From Rebecca billardiae RCC1528 (lineage: Eukaryota; Protista; Haptophyta), in NCBI GenBank assembly GCA_965240325.2, contig OZ251224.1, forward strand, positions 2,542,001 through 2,606,000: a DNA stretch of 64,000 nucleotides. Direction: 5' to 3'. Position 1 is the first letter of the stretch, and each line of letters begins with the position of its first letter. Made by a program: the position numbers and the translations under genes. The notes below the pieces were generated by a model. The model was not told the DNA's origin, ran no database searches, and saw nothing but the letters and a program-made list of their open reading frames with translations. Positions 20,450-29,331 of this stretch are shown in pieces.

Positions 20450-23400
20450 ATGAGAGAGCGGTGCATTGATTCCATGAACAGCCTGATGGCGGCAGAGACG
20501 CAGGTAGCGCGCGAGGCGGTGCCCCTCCTCCGCCGCGCGCTGGCTGGGCTCGAGAAGGCGCTCGGCGAGGAGCACGCGCACACGCTCACCGCCGTGTTCC
20601 AGCTGGCCGTGACGCTGCACAAGCTCGACCGCCACGACGAGGCGGTGCCCCTCTTCCGCCGCGCGCTGGCTGGGTTCGAGAAGGCGCTCGGCGAGGAGCA
20701 CGCGCACACGCTCACCGCCGTGTACCAGCTGGCCGTGACGCTGCACAAGCTCGACCGCCACGACGAGGCGGTGCCCCTCTGCCGCCGCGCGCTGGCTGGG
20801 TTCGAGAAGGCGCTCGGCGAGGAGCACGCGCACACGCTCACCGCCGTGCTCGGGCTGGCCGTGACGCTGGACTCGCTCGGCCACCACGACGAGGCGGTGC
20901 CCCTCCTCCGCCGCGCGCTGGCTGGGTCCGAGAAGGCGCTCGGCGAGGAGCATGTGCTGACGCTCACCGCCGTGTACCAGCTGGCCGTGACGCTGCACAA
21001 GCTCGACCGCCACGACGAGGCGGTGCCCCTCTGCCGCCGCGCGCTGGCTGGGTACGAGAAGGCGCTCGGCGAGGAGCACGCGCAGACGCTCAATGCCGTG
21101 TTCCAGCTGGCCGTGACGCTGGGCAAGCTCGGCCGCCACGACGAGGCGGTGCCCCTCTGCCGCCGCGCGTTGGCTGGGAAAGAGAAGGCGCTCGGCAAGG
21201 AGCACGCGCACACGCTCAATGCCGTGTTCCAGCTGGCCGTGACGCTGGGCAAGCTCGGCCGCCACGACGAGGCGGTGCCCCTCCTCCGCCGCGCGCTGGC
21301 TGGGCTCGAGAAGGCGCTCGGCGAGGAGCACGCGCAGACGCTCACCGCCGTGTACCAGCTGGCCGTGACGCTGAAGAAGCTCGACCGCCCCGACGACGAC
21401 GACGAGGTGAATGCGCTCGAGAGCCGGGTGAGTGGTGTGGCGTTGAAGGTCATGCCGTTGATAAGTGTCTTCCTCCGCTTCAGATACAACGCCATTCTTC
21501 TTTTCTGGACTGTGCTATACGCCAGTTTCTGGATCTTTCCTCCACATGCGTCCATCGTGCGCACTCATTTCGGCATCATCCCCATCATCCGTCTCGTTCT
21601 CCTTTCCGTGCTGCGCCATCTCCTCCTGCCGATGGCACTGGTGCTCGTGCTCATCCTGAGCGCGTTCGGCGATAATGGAGAACGCCGCCGCCTCTGGCGC
21701 GGCTTCGCTGATGCGCGCTCAGCAGAGCCTCGGGAGTGCTCGCCCGCGGCAGCAGCGCACGCCCCAGCGTCTGCACGGCCGCAGTCCTCCGCTGTGCATG
21801 CTCCCGGTGCACCTGCGACTGCCTGTCCCACGCTGCCTGTGCTCGCCTCATCGAGCGTGCGGGGTTCCGCCACCACTGGAGGTCAGCATGCGGCCGCAAG
21901 CATTGCGCCAGGCGCGGCGCGCGTGTTGCACGCGCTCGCGCGCGCGGACCGCAGCGCGGCGTCGGTGCGCGCGGCGCTCGGAGGAGCGCGGCTCTCGCCA
22001 TCCGACCCGATGCGCGTGCTTGCAGAGGGCGTACTCGCGCAGCTCGAGGCCGACGCAGCGGCACGTGCAGCTCAGGAGGCGGCGCGCGCGATGCTGCATG
22101 ATGTGCTCGAATGCGCAGCTGGCGGCGGCGCAGGCGGTGCAGTGCGCGCGCTCGAGCGTGCACTGGGCACAGCGCGACAGGCGGGGCTCGGCGCCCTCCC
22201 TGCGGACACTGCACTGCTCGCACGTGCCGACGCGGCTCTTCGGCGCGCTCTGCTTGTGCAGCGGCTCGAGCAGCCCATGACGAGTGTGGAGTGGCCAACG
22301 CAGCCAGCGAGGCTTGACGGAGGCTCGTCGAACGCGGTCGTGCTCAAGGCGCGGTGGCAAGGCGTCGACGTTGCAGCCAAGCGCTTCAAGAAGGGCGAGC
22401 GCGACAGCGAGCTGCTGCGCGAGGTGCGCGCGCACCATGCGATGCGTCACGAGCACGTGCTCACGCTGTACGGCCTGGTGCACGATGACCCTTACGACTA
22501 CTACCTGCTGCTGGAGTACGCATCGCGCGGTAGCCTGCGGCAGGTGCTCGCAGCAGACCGCGCACTGGGCGAGCTTGAGCGGCACAAGCTGCTCTGCGGT
22601 GTGGTGCTCGGCATGCGTGCGCTGCACCCGGTCATCTTGCACCACGACCTCAAGCCGGAGAACGTGCTCGTCTTCAACCACTACGTCGCCAAGATTGCGG
22701 ACTTTGGGTTGGCAACAGTCGACGGCTCGTCCACCGCGCACGAGCGACGCGGCGCGGGGACGGACGCGTATGCGGCGCCCGAGACTTTCGATGACGCGGG
22801 GTACACGGCTGCATGCGACGTCTACAGCTTCGGAGTCCTCGCGTGGGAGATCGCCACAGGCCGCGTGGCGTGGCAGGACTCGCAGACGGGCCGCCCGCTC
22901 CCACGACGCGTCGTGATGCGCCGCGTCGACCGCGGCGTCAGGCCAGACGAGGTGGAGGTGGCGGCGGACGCAGCGGGCGCCCTCTCGCGCCGAGCGTGGG
23001 CGCAGGAGCCGTCGGAGCGTCCCTCGTTCGAGGCCATCTGGGAAGAGCTCGAGTCGAACCTGCACGCGCGCGCCGAGCTGCGAGCGCTCGATGCCGACAG
23101 CCTGCGAACGCTCATCAAGGCGGTCGGCCCGGACCCCGCCAACCTCGGCGCGTGGTACGAGCCGGTGGGCGGCTCGGTGGACTCCCTCCGAGCACGCCTG
23201 GCCGACGCGTTGCCGGCGGAGCCAGTGCCCTCCCTGGAGGCGGGCGTGCGCTTGGCAGCGGCGAAGAAGCTCGAGCGCGTGCTCACGGATTGCCACGGGC
23301 ACGCGCGCTTTGCGCCGCAGCTCATGGCGCAGTACGGCGCCGACCTGAACGCCCTGTGGTTCTCCGTGCTCCCCGAGTACTGCCCGCAGCCAGCGGCGCC

Positions 23401-24739
23401 AGCCGAGCGCGGCCGCACGCGACTGCTCGTCATTGCTGCGGGCATCGGCCTCAAGGCCGATCCTGGCGGCAACATGGGCGTGCTGCAGGCCGCGGGCTTT
23501 GAGCTCAAGGTGACCGGCTTCGAGCCAGATGTCGACACGGGTCTCGCAGCGGTCGAGGCGGCCATCCGCTCCTTTGAGCCGCACGTGCTCCTCTGCGCAT
23601 CGAAGGGCGGCGCGTACGCGCTCCGGCTATGGCGTCGCGGGCACAGCATTCCGACGGTGATGATCAACGCCCACCCGAGCTTGTCAGCCATCCCTGACAA
23701 AGAGGCGGTACTCGTCCTTGCGCACGGGTCGAATGACAGCCAATTTCCGCGCGCGCGTGCGGATCTCGAGGACGTGATCCGCACCGCCGGTGCGAACCGC
23801 GCGTTCCTCTACTACTCGGGCGACTCTGGGGTGATGCCGGGCGGACACGGCCACACGCGGCGCGGCGACGGGCACGACCGTGCGAGCACGCTGCACGAGC
23901 TGGGGGTGCCGTACAGCCTGCTGCAGTACGACTGCCTGCCGCGGCTGGTGGACGCTGCCGCTGATCCCCAGCGCTGCCCCGAGGCGCACGTCGTGCGCTC
24001 GTGGCGACGCTTCCTGTCCGCCTCGCGGCGGGCAGCCGAAGAGCAGCTCGGCTCGGGCCCGGCGCAGCTGCGCCGCCGTTGGGAGACGGACGGCCGCTCC
24101 GCCCAGCGCACGCGTCGCGTCGCGCCGGGCTCGGCTGAGTACCTCGCCGTGCGCGACATCTTCCTCGCCGAGCCCGAGGCGCCGCGACACTACGGCGGAC
24201 GCGCACGCCCGTCCGCGCACTGGGGCCAGCGTGAGGTGCTCGCAGTGGATCGGATCGAGAACCACGCGCAGCAGGAGGGGGCGCGCGCGCAGCACAGCGG
24301 CATCGCCGACAGCCTCGCCGCGCAAGGCCTGGCCGCGCACCTTGATGCAGCCGACCGAGCGCGTTGGCTCTTCCACGGCAGCCCGCGCACGGAAGACCTC
24401 GAATCGATCACCGATGACCCCGTGAACGGCTTCTCCGCCACGCTCGCAGGTGGGACTGCTGGATCGCTGTGGGGTCCGTACCTCTACTTCGCGCGGGACG
24501 CGCAGTATTGCCTCGACCACGGCTTTTGCTGCACACTGCCGGACGGATCGTACCAGCTGCTGCTCTGCCTGGTGGAGACGGGCATGCCCTGCCTTGGCGA
24601 TGCTGGCATGCGCCTGATGCCAAAGCGGCAGAGCAATCACCGATACACATCCGCGGTGGACAGCCTCTCGTGCCCTGAGCTCTTTTGCGTGGCCGACGGC
24701 AAGGCTGTGTACCCCGCGTACCGCATCACCTTCCGCTGA
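20450..24739 (+). CDS. Multidomain TPR(x7) - hydrophobic segment - Ser/Thr kinase - alpha/beta-hydrolase - PARP/mono-ART protein
   Basis: 42-aa kinesin-light-chain-type TPRs (20513-21394). Hydrophobic stretch about 21450-21670. Kinase VAAK, HHDLKPENVL, DFG, APE, DVYSFG (about 22310-23060). Hydrolase LCASKGG...HGSND...GDGH. PARP LFHGS...YLYFARDAQY...VDSLSCPELF...VYPAYRITF. Start may be 20450 or 20474. Confidence 0.85.
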   Translation: MRERCIDSMNSLMAAETQVAREAVPLLRRALAGLEKALGEEHAHTLTAVFQLAVTLHKLDRHDEAVPLFRRALAGFEKALGEEHAHTLTAVYQLAVTLHKLDRHDEAVPLCRRALAGFEKALGEEHAHTLTAVLGLAVTLDSLGHHDEAVPLLRRALAGSEKALGEEHVLTLTAVYQLAVTLHKLDRHDEAVPLCRRALAGYEKALGEEHAQTLNAVFQLAVTLGKLGRHDEAVPLCRRALAGKEKALGKEHAHTLNAVFQLAVTLGKLGRHDEAVPLLRRALAGLEKALGEEHAQTLTAVYQLAVTLKKLDRPDDDDEVNALESRVSGVALKVMPLISVFLRFRYNAILLFWTVLYASFWIFPPHASIVRTHFGIIPIIRLVLLSVLRHLLLPMALVLVLILSAFGDNGERRRLWRGFADARSAEPRECSPAAAAHAPASARPQSSAVHAPGAPATACPTLPVLASSSVRGSATTGGQHAAASIAPGAARVLHALARADRSAASVRAALGGARLSPSDPMRVLAEGVLAQLEADAAARAAQEAARAMLHDVLECAAGGGAGGAVRALERALGTARQAGLGALPADTALLARADAALRRALLVQRLEQPMTSVEWPTQPARLDGGSSNAVVLKARWQGVDVAAKRFKKGERDSELLREVRAHHAMRHEHVLTLYGLVHDDPYDYYLLLEYASRGSLRQVLAADRALGELERHKLLCGVVLGMRALHPVILHHDLKPENVLVFNHYVAKIADFGLATVDGSSTAHERRGAGTDAYAAPETFDDAGYTAACDVYSFGVLAWEIATGRVAWQDSQTGRPLPRRVVMRRVDRGVRPDEVEVAADAAGALSRRAWAQEPSERPSFEAIWEELESNLHARAELRALDADSLRTLIKAVGPDPANLGAWYEPVGGSVDSLRARLADALPAEPVPSLEAGVRLAAAKKLERVLTDCHGHARFAPQLMAQYGADLNALWFSVLPEYCPQPAAPAERGRTRLLVIAAGIGLKADPGGNMGVLQAAGFELKVTGFEPDVDTGLAAVEAAIRSFEPHVLLCASKGGAYALRLWRRGHSIPTVMINAHPSLSAIPDKEAVLVLAHGSNDSQFPRARADLEDVIRTAGANRAFLYYSGDSGVMPGGHGHTRRGDGHDRASTLHELGVPYSLLQYDCLPRLVDAAADPQRCPEAHVVRSWRRFLSASRRAAEEQLGSGPAQLRRRWETDGRSAQRTRRVAPGSAEYLAVRDIFLAEPEAPRHYGGRARPSAHWGQREVLAVDRIENHAQQEGARAQHSGIADSLAAQGLAAHLDAADRARWLFHGSPRTEDLESITDDPVNGFSATLAGGTAGSLWGPYLYFARDAQYCLDHGFCCTLPDGSYQLLLCLVETGMPCLGDAGMRLMPKRQSNHRYTSAVDSLSCPELFCVADGKAVYPAYRITFR
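20513..21394 (+). repeat. Seven tandem 126-bp TPR-coding units
   Basis: Units begin gaggcggtgcccctc at 20513, 20639, 20765, 20891, 21017, 21143 and 21269. Confidence 0.95.
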
Positions 24740-25298
24740 CGACGGTGACCAAAGCGGATGAAGCCATGCTCAGTATGCGTGATGACGATGACGCGACAAA
24801 GGTGATCATGCGCTGATGATGAGAAGGATGATCAGCCCGGCCATCCGATTATTGCTCCGAGGCGGTGCGCCTGCTTATAATTATGACGATGAGGCTCGTA
24901 AATTATTTTTCGCGCGATATAATAATTATGGCCCGCGGTGCAGGGCGGAGCGCGCAGCGTGGAGCCCGCACCAGTGGGCCCGAACCACGTTTCAAAAAGA
25001 TCTTTGATCAAGAAAAAGGGACGCGGGGGCCGATTTTTAGGGCTGGCGGAGACCGAGTTTCGAATTTTGAGACCCTCTCTACAGGTGCATCACGGAGAAA
25101 AAAACCGCGCCCACAACATTCCCCTAATCAATCGTGGACGGCCGGGCGTGAGAGTTCACTTCTGTGTGAAGTAGGACGGTTACAAGTCCAATACAAGCGT
25201 CAGCTTCTTTGAGGCTATTTTCGCACGTCCTTACGGGATCAGCGAAGTAACCAACCGATATATATTGGCTTCGTCGGGGTCGTATTCACTACTGATTC

Positions 25299-25992
25299 TA
25301 TTGGGTAAACGCGAGCTCCGAGCGTCTCGAGCCCTGCTAAAAGCTCACCGGCACGTCCTCGGGCGCGTCGTCGGTGACGCCCACGAAGCCAATCTCGACC
25401 CTCGCTCCTCTGACGAGCAAAAGTAACCTCCCGCCGAGCTCTTTTCGGCTCCGGCGGGGTGACCCGGCGTTTGCTGGCCCGGCTCGGGGAATCTCAATGA
25501 TTCCGAGCCGCACGCCCCGTGCGTCAACCAATCACAGGTGTTCCCGACGCACCGCCGTAACTGCTGGTCGCACACGGTTTCTGGATCCGTGTGCAGGTTG
25601 AATCCGGACGTCCTCGTCCGTGATGAATTTCTGGATGAAACGGTCGTGTTTGCGTTCTCGAGAACTCCAACACGCTTCCACGATGGCGGCCGGGCCATGC
25701 CCGTGCGACGTCACCGTGCCGCGCTGCGCCGGGCCGTACCGCCCGCGCACGCGCCGCGTCCGTGTCGCTCCGCGTCCGCGCTGCCGCGTCCGCGCTCCGC
25801 GTCCACGTCGATCCGCGCCAGCGCTGCTGCGCTCGCGCTCCTGCCACCGCGCGCGCCGCGCGCGCGCGCCGCCAGAGCCAGCCACTGCTCCGTAGCTGAT
25901 GCCGCCGGCCCGCCTGGTGCGGCGCCGGCCCTGACGTCCCAGCGGCGACGCCATCTGCTGAGATGCGCGCCCCAGGCTGCGTCAGCTCAACA
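25299..25992 (-). repeat. 3' LTR of the copia element
   Basis: Direct repeat of 31950-32643. On the minus strand it reads TGTTGAG...CCCAATA. Confidence 0.95.
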
Positions 25993-26028
25993 CCCCCCCT
26001 CGACAGCCATAGCCGCGAGCTGCGCCGC

Positions 26029-28240
26029 TTACCGCGCGCGCGTCGGGTGTCGCTCCACCATGATGGCGTCGACGTGCCGCTTGAACGTCGCACCGTCCGT
26101 CGCCTTCGTCATGATGTCAGAGTGGTTGAGTGAGGTGTGTACCTTGACCACCTTCACCTTGCCACCCTCCTGCGCGTCACGCACATAGTGATGCTTGATC
26201 TCGATGTGCTTCGAGCGCTTGTGGTGCACAGGATTCTCTACGAGGTCGATAGCCCCTTTGTTGTCCTCTCGCACCTCCGTCGCGGCCCGCGGCGGCTGCC
26301 GCATGGACTCGAGTATGCTCCGCAAGTAGCTCACCTCGCGGCAGCAATCGCTCAGCGCGACGTACTCCGCCTCCGTCGAGCTCAGCGAGACTGTACCTTG
26401 CAGCCCGCTGTGCCACGACACCGGCGCCCCATTGTAGAACACAATGTATCCACCCGTCGACCTGCCCTTGGTCTCCACCGGATTGCTTGCCCAATCGGAG
26501 TCAGCGAAAGCAAGTAGGTCGGGGTGCTCGGAATCTGTCGCAAACTTGAACAAGATTCCCAATCGCGGGCATCCACGTAAGTAGCGCAGCACGCGCTTCG
26601 CACTTACCAGATCCACCGCCCGCGGACATGACATGCGTCGCGTCAGCATGTTCACCGCGTGCGCGATGTCCGGCCGCGCCGTGACCATCGCAAACATAAG
26701 ACATCCCACCATCGCCTGGTAGTTCTCAATCTCCGCGCGCTGCAGCAACGCCTCATCGTCGTCGCTCAGCTGCGTCCGCGCCGCCGGCTCCGGCGTGCGC
26801 GCCGGCGTGCTCGCGTTCAAACCGAACCGCTGAAGCACGCTCTCGACGTACGGCCCCAGGTGCATCAGGATGCCGTCGTCATGAACTTCAAACACGGCGC
26901 CCAGGAACTTATCGAGCCGCTCACTCAGCTTGATCTCGTAGTGCTCCTTCAGGTCAGCCGCCAGCTTCTCCACCGCGCGCGCGTCGCGCGTCAGGTTGAG
27001 AAACAGCAAGTCGTCGACAAAGCCGCCCGCGATGATGAACTCGCCCGGCGCCGACTCCTTGACGTAGATGCACGGCGCACTCGGACACTCCGAGAAGCCG
27101 CGCGCGAGCAGCTGGGTGCGGTGCGTGCGATGCCACGCGCGCCCAGACTGGCGTAGGCCCGGATACGCCTTCAGGCTCCGGCCCACGACTTTGTGCCCCG
27201 GCGGCGCCTGCGTGCTCGGCACGTAGCCCGGCGGGAATGAGAAGAGAGGCCGCTCATCCGGCTTCAACTCCGAGTTGAGGTACGCGTCCTTGACGTCGCC
27301 CTTCGACAGTATGCCCAGCGCCGCAACCGACGCTGCACCCAAGTCGACTCTCGCGCCAGCCTGCTGAGCGGCGATCGCCACGAGTAGTCGCACTTGTTCC
27401 GGCCGGATCGTCGGAGCAAAGACCTCCTGAAAGTCGATCCCCGGCCGCTGTAGGTTCCCCAGTAGCACCGACCGCGCCTTGAAGCGCGTCACCTCGCCCT
27501 CCGGGTTCGACTTCACGTCAAAGACCCACTGGCTCGGCAACACTCGCGTGCCCTCCGGAACCACCACCTCCTCCGAGGTGCCGAGCAACTTGTGACCTTC
27601 CAAGTGCTCGAGCATGGCGCCCTGCCACTGGGGCGCCTCCGCCGACCGCATCGCCTCGCGATAGTTCGTCGGCACCTTCACGTTGATCTTCTGGAACACC
27701 GACGCGGCGCTGACGACGGCAGTAAGCAGCTGCGGCCGCCGGCGCGACGTCCGATCCCTGCGAAGCGGATCGTGTCCCATATCCAGACCGGGCGGCGGCG
27801 CGTCCTCGATCACGCCGTCGTCACCGTCTGCGCCGCGCGGCGGCCCGCCAGCATCTGCTGCGGCCCCGCGCCGTGATTCCGTCGGCGGTATCTGATCCTG
27901 CCGACCCGGCTGCGTCATCGACGCGCCTGCCCCGCCACGCCCGCCCTGCGGCGTCGGCGTCGACGGCTGTGCGCTCGCGCTGCTGCACCCGCGTTGTCCC
28001 GCGTCCACGCTGCTGCGCCCGCGCCCCGACGTTGACGCATCTACGTCGTCGTCGTACCCGACGTCGAACTCTGTCGCGTCGTCATTCCCGGCGTCGGCTG
28101 GCGTCTCGCCGCCGTCGCCGTCCTCGTCCTCACCGTCGGCATCACCGCCGACTGGACGATGTCCGCCGCTTACTGCGGCGCCGTCACCATCACCCACGTA
28201 CGCGCCACCGTCAGGTGCGCCCAGCGACGAGTGCCCCCCC
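26029..28240 (-). CDS. Copia reverse transcriptase / RNase H segment
   Basis: PTNYREAM, WVFDVK...RFKARSV...GIDFQEVFAP, GLRQSGRAW, FVDD, FADSDWA...RSTGGY, SSTEAEYVA, KHIEIKHHYVRD. Confidence 0.93.
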
Positions 28241-29330
28241 CTCGACCAGGTCGGTCTCGTCGATGCGTACGTCACGTGAGTGAACGAGACGTCCGTCGTC
28301 TAAACGACACACGTACCCAAGCACGTAGCGCCATGTACCGCGCCACTGCACGCCGTGCCCACCCCAGAGATAGACACGTCCGGGTAGTGCGCGCTGCTTC
28401 AGCTGCCCCAATGCATTGCGCCGTGCGCCCAGCATCAGCACGCGGCAGCGCGCGCCAAACGCCACGTGATGCTTCCACGTCGGGCGTTTGCCAAAGAACA
28501 GCTCATCCGGCGTGAGCCACTCGATGTCTCCATCGTCACGAATGATACCACGTGACGCCAGTCGATTGCGCGACGCGCATGCGTGCCACGCCGCGTAGTG
28601 CCAATCGACCCGCGAGACTCCACGCGCAACGACCGTGGCGCGCAGTCTCGACTTCAGCGTGCGGATAGCGCGTTCCGCCACGCCATTCGAGCTCGGCGAG
28701 TCGGGCGCCGACGTGACCGTCGACGAGAACCCAAGCTTCGCCAGCTCACCCTCGACGTACGTACTCAGCAACGTCGAGCCACCGTCGGTGTGAATATGGC
28801 GTCGCGCCATAGTACACCCCGACGCCAGGACCCAATGCGACATGTGCATGGCCCCTGTTCCAAGCAACTGCGCGTACCAGCGGAATGCCCGACCAACCTC
28901 GGCGTCATCCAAGCTGCGTAGCGCGTACACTTGCCATCGACGTGAATGCCCATCGATGAATATGATCCCATGAGGATACCCTCCACGTGCGCCATCGGCC
29001 CCAACTGGTAAGTCGATGCGCGCCATAGAGAAGATGTCGACGTGCGTCACCTGCCCAGGGTAGTGCGCCGTCGGCATCGGGTCCGCGAACGACCGCCGCG
29101 TCATGCTCGCCGCCGACTGCTCGTCAAGCGGCTCACGCCGCGCGTTCGCCCCCTCCATCCCCTCGGCCACGCGTCGCGTGCGCTCGAGTAGACGTTGGTC
29201 ATTGGTGCCCGTTCGAACCGACCAAGTGCGTAACCACGCCGGATCAGCGCCTCGCGCCGCCTCCGTAGTAGTAGTGGTATCAGATACCGTAGTGGTTGTG
29301 TTTGTGGCTCGCACCTGCGCGGGTTCCGGG
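28211..29330 (-). CDS. Copia integrase segment (out of frame with gag-PR and RT)
   Basis: DDE core THVDIF...FIDGHSR...HTDGGS...SSNGVAERAIRTL; C-terminal FGARCRV...LGY...SRDVRIDE. Confidence 0.88.
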
Positions 29331-29331
29331 C

